From Actinomycetes bacterium (lineage in GTDB: Bacteria > Actinomycetota > Actinomycetes > S36-B12 > UBA5976), in NCBI GenBank assembly GCA_038145175.1, contig JAYQPE010000006.1, positions 2,346-66,345 of the forward strand: DNA of 64,000 nt, in the 5' to 3' direction. The notes under the pieces are model-generated. The model saw only the letters and a list, made by a program, of their open reading frames with translations. It searched no databases and was not told the DNA's origin. Positions 32,054 to 42,040 of the stretch are shown piece by piece. Both the position numbers and the translations under genes were made by a program. The first letter of the stretch is position 1; the number at the start of each line of letters is the position of its first letter.

Positions 32054-32617
32054 GTGAAATCCCGTATAGGGCTATTGGGTGGAACATTTAACCCAATTCA
32101 TTTTGGACATTTAGAAATTGCCAAAGCGGCTTTAAATTTATTGAATCTAGATAAGTTAATTTTTATACCTGCTGGTAATCCTTGGCAAAAAGGTGATTTT
32201 ATTTCTTTTGAGCATAGATTTAAAATGTTAAAACTTGCAATAAAAAATCTAGAGAATGTTGAAATTTCTGAAATTGAAAAAGATGAGATTAACCCCTCCT
32301 ACACTTATCAAACTTTAGAAGAATTACATTCTATTTATCCTGATTCTGAATTCGTTTTTTTAATTGGAAGTGATGGAATAAAAAATTTTGGTACTTGGAA
32401 AAAACCAGAATCGATTAAAACTTTAGCCAGAATCTATGTAGTTCCAAGACAAAATGATCCTATAGTTGACTGGCATTTTGATCGTTTGCAATTTAGTCCC
32501 ATTTCCATTTCTTCATCACAAATAAGAGAAAAAATAAAGAACCAAGAATCAATTGAAGAATTTGTTCCTGCAGAAGTAATCCAATACATCAAAGCCAACC
32601 AACTCTATAAATCTTGA
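32054..32617 (+). CDS. nadD: Nicotinate-nucleotide adenylyltransferase
   Basis: GGTFNPIHFGH, P.G.PWQK, ISSSQIR. Confidence 0.93.
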   Translation: MKSRIGLLGGTFNPIHFGHLEIAKAALNLLNLDKLIFIPAGNPWQKGDFISFEHRFKMLKLAIKNLENVEISEIEKDEINPSYTYQTLEELHSIYPDSEFVFLIGSDGIKNFGTWKKPESIKTLARIYVVPRQNDPIVDWHFDRLQFSPISISSSQIREKIKNQESIEEFVPAEVIQYIKANQLYKS

Positions 32618-32661
32618 GTGTGACATAATTATTACTAATGATAGAAAGTTTCGTTAATTAA

Positions 32662-33018
32662 GTGACAGCGTCTTTAAAGTCAAAAGAATTAGCCGCAATC
32701 GCAGCAAAAGCAGCCTTTGAAAAGCTAGCAACTGATGTAAAAATGATAGATGTAAGTTCAAGGTTTCCACTTTCAGATATTTTTTTGATCGCCTCAGTCA
32801 ACAATGTTAAACAAGCCCAAGCTGTTTCAGATGCAATCGAAGAGGAGTTAAATAAAATTGGTGTTAAAGCTATCAATCGAGAAGGAAATTCTGAAAGTCA
32901 TTGGCTTTTGATTGATTTTTCTGAAATTTTAGTTCACATTCAATTAGAAGAAGATCGAGATTATTACGGTTTAGAAAGATTATGGAAAGACTGTCCAATC
33001 GAGGAATTACATGGGTAA
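32662..33018 (+). CDS. rsfS: Ribosome silencing factor
   Basis: REG....W.LIDF..I.VH; YYGLERLW.DCP. Confidence 0.92.
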   Translation: MTASLKSKELAAIAAKAAFEKLATDVKMIDVSSRFPLSDIFLIASVNNVKQAQAVSDAIEEELNKIGVKAINREGNSESHWLLIDFSEILVHIQLEEDRDYYGLERLWKDCPIEELHG

Positions 33019-33658
33019 AAGACAATTAGTTTTGTGGCGACATGGACGAACAAGTTGGAATTTAGAACAAAGATTTCAAGGTCAAACTGACATTCCATTA
33101 GATGAAGTCGGAATTTCTCAAGCAAAAAATGCTGCATCACTTTTGAAGCATTTGAAACCCAGTTACATAGTTTCGTCAGATCTTTCTCGAGCAAATCAAA
33201 CAGGTTCGATTTTGGCAGATTTGTTAAATTTACAAATTACAAAAGATAAAAGATTTAGAGAAACTGCTCATGGCGAATGGGAAGGTTTGACCTATCCAGA
33301 ACTAAAACAAAAATTTGGTGATGAATATTTACGCTGGTCAAATGGAGAAGAAATAAAACCAGGTAATAACGGGGAAACTAGAAGTGAAGTGGCCCAAAGA
33401 ATGGTAGAAGGAATTTATGATCATATGAAACTTGTGCCAGATGGAAATGTTTTTGTGGTGGCAACCCATGGAGGTGCTGCCAGAGTTGCCGCAGGAAAAT
33501 TAATGGGCTTACCACCAAAAACTTGGAGCTCACTTGGCATCATTAGTAATTGTTCGTGGATTGTTTTAGACGAACCATTAAATCCAGAACTTCCTTGGAG
33601 GTTGGTTGAATATAACGCTGGATCTTTACCAACTCCAGCCCTTAGTGACGACAGATAA
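33011..33658 (+). CDS. Histidine phosphatase family protein
   Basis: RHG.T.WN..RFQGQ.D, SSDL.RA, ATHGG. Confidence 0.88.
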   Translation: MGKRQLVLWRHGRTSWNLEQRFQGQTDIPLDEVGISQAKNAASLLKHLKPSYIVSSDLSRANQTGSILADLLNLQITKDKRFRETAHGEWEGLTYPELKQKFGDEYLRWSNGEEIKPGNNGETRSEVAQRMVEGIYDHMKLVPDGNVFVVATHGGAARVAAGKLMGLPPKTWSSLGIISNCSWIVLDEPLNPELPWRLVEYNAGSLPTPALSDDR

Positions 33659-33704
33659 AATTTAGTGGAATAAGTTTTCGATAGAGTTACATTTCAATTA
33701 TTTT

Positions 33705-33777
<73 letters not shown>

Positions 33778-33787
33778 CAAATTTTTG

Positions 33788-33796
33788 TGTTACATT
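33788..33796 (+). promoter_or_regulatory. Extended -10 promoter element for the riboswitch-pnuC unit
   Basis: TG-T-TACATT, 12 nt before the aptamer P1. Confidence 0.5.
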
Positions 33797-33807
33797 TTAT
33801 TTAAGAA

Positions 33808-33907
33808 ATTGCACGGGAGTTCGAACTTCATCGGACTGAGAAAGTGACAAAACTTGTGTCACTGACCGTTTAGACCGTTTGGGTAATGCCAGATCGGGAG
33901 GAGTGAT
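33808..33907 (+). ncRNA. TPP-class riboswitch, variant lacking the J4/5 pyrophosphate pocket
   Basis: P2 ACGG/CCGT, P3, CTGAGA, P3a AGTGACA/TGTCACT, P4 CCG/CGG, P5 TTTGG-GTAATG-CCAGA; SD GGAGGAG lies inside the aptamer 3' end. Confidence 0.88.
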
Positions 33908-33908
33908 C

Positions 33909-34481
33909 ATGATTGTTATATTTACCGCTTGGAATTATCAAGTAACACTTTTGGAAATTTTTGCCGTACTTGCATCCTTAATTGGTGTTTGGTTAGGTAC
34001 AACTGGAACTCGAATTACATGGCCTTGGTGGATTTTAAGTAGTTCTTTATATGGAATTCTATTTTTCAATTTTGAATTATATGCAAGTGCCATCTTGCAA
34101 TTTGTATTTATTGTTGCAGCAATTTGGGGTTGGTTTGGTTGGGGTAAAGATGGTGCAAAACCAAGCAAATTAATTATTAAAGAAAAATTAATTTGGTTTG
34201 CACTTTCTTTAACTTCTTGGCTAATACTTGCACCATTACTTGCTCAAATTGGAGCGGCTGCAACTTGGTTTGATTCCTTTATTTTAGTAGGAAGTGTAGT
34301 GGCACAAGTATTAATGGTGAGAGAAAAATATGAGGCATGGCCAATTTGGGTTGTTGTTAATGTGGTGGCAACATTTCATTATGCAAGACAAGAACTATGG
34401 TTTACCTCTCTTTTATATTTAGTATTTATTTTTATAGCTTTTGTTGGATGGAAAAAATGGTTAGAAAAAGTAAATATTTAA
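33909..34481 (+). CDS. PnuC-family vitamin transporter, probably thiamine-specific (PnuT-like)
   Basis: Trp-rich polytopic protein; DS, Q.LM and W..W...N motifs; downstream of the TPP-class riboswitch; ATG at 33909 follows GGAGGAG. Confidence 0.88.
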   Translation: MIVIFTAWNYQVTLLEIFAVLASLIGVWLGTTGTRITWPWWILSSSLYGILFFNFELYASAILQFVFIVAAIWGWFGWGKDGAKPSKLIIKEKLIWFALSLTSWLILAPLLAQIGAAATWFDSFILVGSVVAQVLMVREKYEAWPIWVVVNVVATFHYARQELWFTSLLYLVFIFIAFVGWKKWLEKVNI

Positions 34482-34482
34482 A

Positions 34483-35085
34483 ATGCAAATTCAACAATTA
34501 TCAAATCTAGTTGGATTTGTTAAAGCCTCTAAAAATTACTGTGGTGCAAATAAACTAATTTGTATTGATGGACCTGCAGGGTCTGGGAAAACAACTTTAG
34601 CAACAAATCTTCAAAAACTATTGGATAATTCTCACGTTATCCACATGGATGAAATTTATGAAGGATGGCAAAATGCATTGAATGAAAACTTAGTATTAAA
34701 TATAAATAATTGGATTATCTTTCCTATGAAAAATAATGAGCCTATTATCTACAATAAATTTGACTGGCATCTTAATTTGAGAAATGATTTAGTTATTATC
34801 AATGATTATAAATTTATAATTTTAGAAGGAGTAGGTTCAGCAAGTCTAGGGATTAGAGATAGATCTGCGTTAAATATCTGGATTGAGGGGCGCCAAGAAA
34901 TTCTATTAAAGCGAGTTTTGGATAGAGATGGAGATCAAATAAAAGAAGAAATGCAGCTTTGGCAAATAAAGGAACAAGAATATTTTTTAAAACACGACAC
35001 AAAAAAACATTGTAATATTTGGATAGATGGCAATTTTGAGCAAGAAATAGATACCGCATCACAAATCGTTTTGCTCAATCGGTAA
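34483..35085 (+). CDS. P-loop nucleoside/uridine-kinase-like protein
   Basis: [11 protein letters not shown] Walker A, HMD..Y.GW, ILEGVG, R...RDG lid; 1 nt after the transporter gene. Confidence 0.8.
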   Translation: MQIQQLSNLVGFVKASKNYCGANKLICIDGPAGSGKTTLATNLQKLLDNSHVIHMDEIYEGWQNALNENLVLNINNWIIFPMKNNEPIIYNKFDWHLNLRNDLVIINDYKFIILEGVGSASLGIRDRSALNIWIEGRQEILLKRVLDRDGDQIKEEMQLWQIKEQEYFLKHDTKKHCNIWIDGNFEQEIDTASQIVLLNR

Positions 35086-35095
35086 ATTTTACCTT

Positions 35096-37582
35096 GTGAA
35101 TTCTCAACCAGATAATAATGAGCAAAATGTTGCATTAGATTTTGATGCAATACAAGCTAAATGGCTTCCAATCTGGGAAAAAGAACAACCATTTAATTCA
35201 TCTGACGATCCAAACGATAATCGACAAAGAATCTATGTTTTGGATATGTTTTCTTACCCATCAGGTGATTTACACATGGGACACGCAGAAGCTTTTGCAA
35301 TTGGCGATGTAGTCGCAAGATATTACTTTCAAAAAGGATTTAATGTTTTTCATCCAGTAGGTTGGGATTCTTTCGGATTACCTGCAGAAAATGCAGCAAT
35401 AAAAAGAGGCGAAAATCCAGCCAACTGGACCTATAACAATATTGAAACTCAAGCGGAGTCATTTAAACGCTATGCAATTTCTTTTGATTGGAATCACAGA
35501 TTACATACTTCAGATCCTGAATATTATAAATGGACTCAATGGTTATTTATACAATTTTTCAAAAAAGGTTTAGCCTATAGAAAAGCTTCTAATGTTAATT
35601 GGTGTCCATCTTGTCAAACAGTTTTAGCAAATGAGCAAGTTGTAGCAGGAGAATGCGAAAGATGTAACTCAGTAGTAACAAAAAGAGAACTAACTCAATG
35701 GTATTTCAAAATTACAGAATATGCTCAAAGACTTTTAGATGACATGTCGCAAATAGAAAATACTTGGCCAGAACGAGTTTTGACAATGCAAAAGAATTGG
35801 ATTGGTAAATCTGAAGGTGCTTATGTTGATTTTGAAATTGATGAATTAAATAAAAAAGTTACTGTCTTTACCACAAGACCAGATACTTTGTTTGGCGCTA
35901 CATTTTTTGTTGTAGCAGCTGATTCAAAACTTGCTCAAGAACTCGTTGCAGAAGATAAAAATACAGAATTAAATAAATATATTGAAGAAGTAAAAAAAGC
36001 AACTGATATTGAAAGACTTTCAACAGATAGACCAAAAACAGGTATATTTCTTGGACGTTATGCAATAAATCCAGTCAATAATGAAAAATTGCCTATTTGG
36101 GCATCAGATTATGTTTTGGCAGATTATGGAACAGGTGCATTAATGGCTGTTCCTGCACACGATCAGCGCGATTTAGATTTTGCAAAAACTTTTAAATTGC
36201 CAGTCAGAGTTGTTGTTGAAACTGGAGAAGAAGATCCAAGTAAATCTTTTATTGCTACAGCAGGTGATGGAAAATTAGTAAATTCAGATTTCTTAAATGG
36301 TTTAGATAAACAAAAAGCCATTAAAGCAATGATTGAGTACTTAGAAAAAAATAATTTTGGTAAAGGTGCGACAAACTTTAGATTAAGAGATTGGTTAATT
36401 TCTAGACAAAGATATTGGGGAGCACCAATTCCAATTATTCACTGCCCAAAATGTGGGGAAGTTGCAGTCTTGGATGAACAATTGCCTGTGAAATTACCTG
36501 AACTTGCTGGAGAACAATTAGCACCAAAAGGAACTTCACCTTTAGCTGCTGCAACAGATTGGGTTAATACAAAATGCCCAAAGTGTAATTCCGATGCAAA
36601 AAGAGATACAGACACAATGGATACTTTTGTGGATTCTTCCTGGTATTACTTGAGATATCCATCAGCACACGATAAAGAAAAAGCAATAGATCCAAAATTG
36701 TTAAGACGTTGGTTACCGGTGGCACAGTATGTTGGAGGAGTTGAACATGCAATTTTGCATCTTCTTTACAGCAGATTTTTTACCAAAGTTTTATTTGACT
36801 TAGGTTATGTGGAATTTAATGAACCTTTCAAAGCACTTTTAAATCAAGGTCAAGTTATTTTAAATGGTTCTGCCATGTCAAAATCAAAAGGAAACATGGT
36901 TGATTTAGGCGAACAAATTTCTGAATTTGGAGTCGATGCTGTTCGATTAACTATGGTCTTTGCCGGCCCTCCAGAAGACGATATTGATTGGGCAGAAGTT
37001 TCCCCAGGAGGCTCTAAGAAATTTTTATCAAGAGCTTGGCGTCTATCAAAAGATGTTAAATCAGAAAAAGAAATTAATTTTAACGATGGAAATTTAGAAT
37101 TAAGACAAAATGTCCATCGAACAGTAGATGAAGTGACCACATTAATTGAGTCATTTAGGTTTAACGTGGCAATTGCTAGAACCATGGAATTAGTTAACGT
37201 AACTAGAAAAGCAATAGACACAGGATGTGGAGCAAGTGATCCCGCAGTTAGAGAAGCTGTTGAAACTATCGCAATAATTCTTTCTCTATTTGCCCCTTAC
37301 ACTGCAGAAGAAATGTGGCAAACCTTAGGACATAAAGACTTAATTATAAAGGCAGGCTGGCCACCTGTTGATCCAAAATTACTGGTCAGACAATCAGTTG
37401 TTTGTGTGGTCCAAGTATCTGGAAAATTGAGAGCTCGTCTTGATGTTTCACCTGATATCTCAAGTGATGAATTAGAAAAACTTGCTTTAAATGAACCAAA
37501 TGTAGTAAAAAATCTAGATGGAAGACAGGTTAAAACAGTTATTGTTAGGGCACCAAAGCTAGTAAATATAGTCCCTGAATAA
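35096..37582 (+). CDS. leuS: Leucine--tRNA ligase
   Basis: MFSYPSG.LHMGH, editing domain TTRPDT, AMSKS. Confidence 0.97.
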   Translation: MNSQPDNNEQNVALDFDAIQAKWLPIWEKEQPFNSSDDPNDNRQRIYVLDMFSYPSGDLHMGHAEAFAIGDVVARYYFQKGFNVFHPVGWDSFGLPAENAAIKRGENPANWTYNNIETQAESFKRYAISFDWNHRLHTSDPEYYKWTQWLFIQFFKKGLAYRKASNVNWCPSCQTVLANEQVVAGECERCNSVVTKRELTQWYFKITEYAQRLLDDMSQIENTWPERVLTMQKNWIGKSEGAYVDFEIDELNKKVTVFTTRPDTLFGATFFVVAADSKLAQELVAEDKNTELNKYIEEVKKATDIERLSTDRPKTGIFLGRYAINPVNNEKLPIWASDYVLADYGTGALMAVPAHDQRDLDFAKTFKLPVRVVVETGEEDPSKSFIATAGDGKLVNSDFLNGLDKQKAIKAMIEYLEKNNFGKGATNFRLRDWLISRQRYWGAPIPIIHCPKCGEVAVLDEQLPVKLPELAGEQLAPKGTSPLAAATDWVNTKCPKCNSDAKRDTDTMDTFVDSSWYYLRYPSAHDKEKAIDPKLLRRWLPVAQYVGGVEHAILHLLYSRFFTKVLFDLGYVEFNEPFKALLNQGQVILNGSAMSKSKGNMVDLGEQISEFGVDAVRLTMVFAGPPEDDIDWAEVSPGGSKKFLSRAWRLSKDVKSEKEINFNDGNLELRQNVHRTVDEVTTLIESFRFNVAIARTMELVNVTRKAIDTGCGASDPAVREAVETIAIILSLFAPYTAEEMWQTLGHKDLIIKAGWPPVDPKLLVRQSVVCVVQVSGKLRARLDVSPDISSDELEKLALNEPNVVKNLDGRQVKTVIVRAPKLVNIVPE

Positions 37583-37656
37583 TCAACATTATTAACTTAT
37601 CCACAAATTTTTAACATTTACAGTCAATATTGACTTAAATTTGTGATTATAAATGA

Positions 37657-38349
37657 GTGCAAAATTCAGAGAACAAAATCTCAATAGACAGACTAATTAA
37701 AGAAATTATTAATCATAATATAGCTACAAGTAAAAAGAAAAAAATAAAGAAAAAGAATAATTATTGGCGGTTTGATTTTTCTAAGCTTAATTTAATCAAA
37801 TTAATCACAATAACTCTCATTTCCATTATTTTAACAATATTATATTTTCAAACAAATAAATCTAATATCACACTTAGTGAGACAATAGATTCAAATAACA
37901 CTTCAATCGATTCCTCAATCGTGGAAGTAAGTAAAATAAAAATATATGTTTCGGGTGAAGTAATTAAAAGTGGAGTTTATGAACTTCCAAATGACGCACG
38001 ATTAATAGATGCTTTAAATATTGCTGGAGGCCTATCAAGCAATGGGATAATTGGTGAAAATAATCTTGCCAGAGTTTTACAAGATGGGGAACAAATTAAT
38101 TTTGATAATAAAAATAATCCTTTAAAAAATAAAGTAACAAAGAATCTAAAACAGTTAAATTGTATAAATTTAAATGATTCTGATCTGAAGCAATTAGATG
38201 CACTTCCGGGCGTGGGACCTGTTCTTGCTCAAAGAATTTGGGACTACCGAGAAGCAAACGGAAGGTTTGCAGAAGTATCTCAATTATCTAATGTTGAAGG
38301 TATTGGAAAATCTAAGTTAAAAACAATCAGTGAAAAAGCTTGCGTCTAG
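37657..38349 (+). CDS. comEA: Competence DNA receptor ComEA
   Basis: TM anchor, SLBB domain (VSGEV..GVYEL), helix-hairpin-helix (LDALPGVGPVLAQRI; VEGIG). Confidence 0.88.
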   Translation: MQNSENKISIDRLIKEIINHNIATSKKKKIKKKNNYWRFDFSKLNLIKLITITLISIILTILYFQTNKSNITLSETIDSNNTSIDSSIVEVSKIKIYVSGEVIKSGVYELPNDARLIDALNIAGGLSSNGIIGENNLARVLQDGEQINFDNKNNPLKNKVTKNLKQLNCINLNDSDLKQLDALPGVGPVLAQRIWDYREANGRFAEVSQLSNVEGIGKSKLKTISEKACV

Positions 38350-40622
38350 ATAACGATGTAAGATTTCTTCCATTTGCAACTTTAATTTGGCTTATAATTC
38401 TTGGCAATCATTATTTATATTTTACATCTATTTTAATAATTGTCTTTATTTCGATGTCTATTTTCTTTTTAAGTTCTAGCAATAAGTTGTTTTCAACTTC
38501 GTTAATTCTTGTTGCAATATTGGCAATGACAACAAGCTATTTTCGCTCTAATGATTTTAATTTGCAAAATTTAAATTTGAACGAAAAGTTTGAATTGACT
38601 GGAGAAATTCGCTCCGATTTAATACCTTCGAATCTGCCAAAATTTGGAACATTAGATATGTTTTCTAAATATTACTTTAAATTCAAAATAGATAAACTAA
38701 AACAAGAAAAAACATACATCAAAAATGTTTCACACTTAGTAAAAGTTGATATAACAAATACAGAATACTTAGAATATGGAACTAAAATAAAATTAATTGG
38801 ACATCTAGAGCCATCAAATTATTTAAATTTTGACTATGAAATGACTCCGGAAAAGATAATATATTTAAATAAACCAACTTTCATAAATAGATCAATAAAT
38901 ACTTTTAGAAACAATTTTATTTTAAGCACTAAAGAAATCAATACTGAAGGCTCAGAGTTATTACCAGGTTTAATATTGGGAGACACTCGTTTTCAGTCAA
39001 AAACATTAAAAGAAGATATGAAATCAAGTGGACTTACGCACTTAACCGCGGTAAGTGGTGGAAATATAGCAATTTTAATCGTTGCTCTGGGTTTTTTACT
39101 TCGAAAAACAAAAATTAATTTTAAAATACAAATTCTATTTATTTTCATTTTTTTACTATTTTTTGCTTATCTAGTAAGAACTGAACCAAGCGTGATACGT
39201 GCCTCATTTATGGCATCAATTGTTCTAATTTCTGTGCTTTACGGGGTTTCTAAACAAGGAATTAATGCTTTGCTCATCACAATTTGTATCGCTTTACTGC
39301 TAGATCCAAATTTAGCTTTGAGTTGGGGATTTATACTTTCGGTTTTTGCCACTTTTGGACTCTTATTGTTTACTGAGCCCATTCTTGAATACTTAACAAA
39401 ATCTTTTCCTTGGTTAAATAAAAACTTACTCATAGTAATTGCCGTTGCATTGGCTGCCCAATTTTCAACTATGGGACTTGTGGCAGGCTTTACCGGTTTG
39501 ATTTCCATTTGGTCAGTAATTGCAAACACATTAGTTTCACCAATCGTTCCTTTAGTGACTATTTTAGGTTATTTAGGACTTATTGTTTCAAATATAAATC
39601 CGTCTCTTGCAATTATTTTTAATTTACCTGCTTCAATTTTTGCTAATTGGATAGTAACAATTTCTCATTTCTTTGCAGATCAAGAATTGAGCATAATTAA
39701 AATTCCCAATGGAATTGTAGGATTTTTAATTGCTAATTTTATTTTAATATTTATCATTTACCTAATTAAAAAATTACATATAACTATTATTCTAATTACT
39801 CTCATTTTTACTTTTATTTTTGTATCTATGAGTACTACATTATTTTTTCATAAGGCTTGGCCTGTAAAAAATTGGCAATTTGTCATGTGTGATGTTGGCC
39901 AAGGGGATGGTTTAGTCATTCAGGATTCGACTGGGAAAACTATGGTTGTTGATGTGGGTCCTGACGGTAAATTGATGACTAAATGTTTGAAAAAATTAGG
40001 AATAAAGCAAATAGATATTTTGTTACTTACCCATTTTCACCTAGACCACGTAGCTGGCTTAAAAGAAGTTATGAGAAATCATGAAATAAAAGCAGTTTTT
40101 ACTAGCTGGATAAAAGAACCGCACGAGGAATCAAAAAGAGTCGAAGAATTATTAAGAACACATACAATTAATTTCTTAATAAGTGGTCAACGAATTCAAT
40201 TAGGAGAAATTAAATTGACTTGTTTTTGGCCAACAAATAAAAAAATGGAAATTGAATCTGTAGCAAATAATTCAAGCCTTGTTGTTTTAGCAGAAATTGA
40301 TAATGCTTCAATTCTTTTAACTGGCGATATTGAACCGGCAGCGCAGGAAGTTATAAGAAATAAGTGGCAAAAATTAGAAGTGGATGTTATCAAGATTCCT
40401 CATCATGGATCTAAGTTTCAGGATGCTCTGTTTCCTGAGTGGTCAGGTGCCAGATTGGCTTTAATCAGCGTGGGTTCTGAGAATAGATATGGTCATCCAT
40501 CTAAAGAAGCAATTGAATTGTATGAAAAATCAGAAATGAAAGTTCTTTCATCGAGTTTGAATGGTTCTATTTCAATATTTATAAATAAGTATGATCAAAT
40601 TGAGTATTCCTCAACAGGCTAG
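38340..40622 (+). CDS. comEC: Competence DNA channel ComEC/Rec2
   Basis: GLTHLTAVSGGN, PSVIRA, MBL domain DVGQGD, THFHLDH, TGD, PHHGS, NRYGHP. Confidence 0.92.
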   Translation: MRLDNDVRFLPFATLIWLIILGNHYLYFTSILIIVFISMSIFFLSSSNKLFSTSLILVAILAMTTSYFRSNDFNLQNLNLNEKFELTGEIRSDLIPSNLPKFGTLDMFSKYYFKFKIDKLKQEKTYIKNVSHLVKVDITNTEYLEYGTKIKLIGHLEPSNYLNFDYEMTPEKIIYLNKPTFINRSINTFRNNFILSTKEINTEGSELLPGLILGDTRFQSKTLKEDMKSSGLTHLTAVSGGNIAILIVALGFLLRKTKINFKIQILFIFIFLLFFAYLVRTEPSVIRASFMASIVLISVLYGVSKQGINALLITICIALLLDPNLALSWGFILSVFATFGLLLFTEPILEYLTKSFPWLNKNLLIVIAVALAAQFSTMGLVAGFTGLISIWSVIANTLVSPIVPLVTILGYLGLIVSNINPSLAIIFNLPASIFANWIVTISHFFADQELSIIKIPNGIVGFLIANFILIFIIYLIKKLHITIILITLIFTFIFVSMSTTLFFHKAWPVKNWQFVMCDVGQGDGLVIQDSTGKTMVVDVGPDGKLMTKCLKKLGIKQIDILLLTHFHLDHVAGLKEVMRNHEIKAVFTSWIKEPHEESKRVEELLRTHTINFLISGQRIQLGEIKLTCFWPTNKKMEIESVANNSSLVVLAEIDNASILLTGDIEPAAQEVIRNKWQKLEVDVIKIPHHGSKFQDALFPEWSGARLALISVGSENRYGHPSKEAIELYEKSEMKVLSSSLNGSISIFINKYDQIEYSSTG

Positions 40623-40634
40623 GATTGAACCGTT

Positions 40635-41633
40635 ATGGCAAATATTGATTCAATCTTTTTAATAACGGGTAACACAGATTTACTAATTGACAGAGAAATC
40701 GCTGAACTTTTCAATAATTTAAAATCTAAGAATAAATTAATTGAAAAACAAATAATTTACGCTCAAGATGAAAATAGTTTTGATCAAATATTAGAATACA
40801 CATCTCCAAATTTATTTGGAAATACAACTTTACTAGTAATTGATGAAATAAATGTAGCTGAAGATAAACTAGATAGTAAACTTGTAGATTTTTTGAAAAA
40901 TATTGCCGATCAAAATATAGAAGATAATTATTTGGTAGTAGTTCACCGAGGAGGAGCTGGTGGAACTGGAATTGTCAAATCTTTACAAAAATTAAAAATT
41001 AAAGAAATAAAGTGTCCAAGTATTAAGTTTACTTCTGAATTTATTGATTTTATGAAGCAAGAATTTAAAAGAAATAAACGTGAAATTGATGAAGACGCAC
41101 TTTTGGCATTACGAGATGCAGTTGGAGAAAATTTAGATGAACTAGTTGGAGCAATCTCACAACTTTGTTTTGATGTTTTAGATAGAAAAATTGAACTTGA
41201 ACATGTTCAGAAATATTATCAAGGAAATGTTGCAGTGAAAGTTTTTGATATTTCAAATTCATTATGGGATGCGAATTATGAAAGTGCTATAAAAAATTTG
41301 AATGATCTTCTTGATCAAGATAATAATTCTGGTGTTTATATTGTAACTATAATTGCAAATTCTTTAAGAAAGTTAGTGAAATTAGCCTCTCTACCTAATA
41401 GCGCAAATGATTTTCAGGTAGCTCAAGAAATAGGTGTTTCTCCAAAACAAGTTCCTTACCTAAGAAAACAACTAAGAAATTGGAATCAGACTTCGCTAGC
41501 AAATGCTGTTGTTGAATTGGCCAAAGTTGATGCTTTCATAAGAGCTGGTTATGAAGGAACCTACCTTGATCAAAATCAAAAAAGATTTCTTCTTGAAACT
41601 ACAGTGAGAAAAATAGCCTTATCTGCTAAATAA
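40635..41633 (+). CDS. holA: DNA polymerase III delta subunit
   Basis: SPNLFG, VVVH.GG; conserved comEC-holA-rpsT synteny. Confidence 0.8.
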   Translation: MANIDSIFLITGNTDLLIDREIAELFNNLKSKNKLIEKQIIYAQDENSFDQILEYTSPNLFGNTTLLVIDEINVAEDKLDSKLVDFLKNIADQNIEDNYLVVVHRGGAGGTGIVKSLQKLKIKEIKCPSIKFTSEFIDFMKQEFKRNKREIDEDALLALRDAVGENLDELVGAISQLCFDVLDRKIELEHVQKYYQGNVAVKVFDISNSLWDANYESAIKNLNDLLDQDNNSGVYIVTIIANSLRKLVKLASLPNSANDFQVAQEIGVSPKQVPYLRKQLRNWNQTSLANAVVELAKVDAFIRAGYEGTYLDQNQKRFLLETTVRKIALSAK

Positions 41634-41634
41634 T

Positions 41635-41898
41635 TTATTTTTTAGATTTTGCTAATTTTTTGTTAATTGCAGATTTTTTATTTGAGGCTTGATTTTTGTG
41701 AATTACACCTTTTGCAACTGCCTTATCGAGCTGCTTACCTGCTTCTTTAGCTAATTTTGCAGCACCTGCATCACCTGCGGCTAGTGCTTCATTGAATTTA
41801 CGAATAGTTGTTTTGATAGCCGAGCGAACTGTTTTGTTTCTGTCGCGAGCAGCATTGTTTTGACCGATACGCTTAATTTGCGATTTAATGTTTGCCAA
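41635..41898 (-). CDS. rpsT: 30S ribosomal protein S20
   Basis: ANIKSQIKR; DKAV.KGVIHKN.A; TTG start. Confidence 0.97.
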   Translation of the reverse strand: MANIKSQIKRIGQNNAARDRNKTVRSAIKTTIRKFNEALAAGDAGAAKLAKEAGKQLDKAVAKGVIHKNQASNKKSAINKKLAKSKK

Positions 41899-42040
41899 TT
41901 TAAAACTCGTTTCTTTCGCTTAAAGTTGTGAGGCGCTTTATTGCTTCTCTCAAAGTACAGAGTAGCGTGTGACTTGAAAGTACTAATTAAGTACCCAAAA
42001 ATTGCTTCAATAACTTAAAGGAAAGACCTAATAATTAATC

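Noticed and set aside
31869-32057. 62-aa ORF in the track spanning the proA end
   Set aside because: It overlaps proA out of frame; the 43-aa ORF at 31921-32052 has a better RBS, coupling and a clear TM helix
33879-33908. N-terminal extension of the PnuC ORF
   Set aside because: It lies inside the riboswitch aptamer; the SD supports ATG at 33909
37657-41633. AT-richer comEA-comEC-holA as a horizontally acquired island
   Set aside because: It occupies the conserved leuS-comEA-comEC-holA-rpsT position; fast evolution under AT drift is a sufficient explanation
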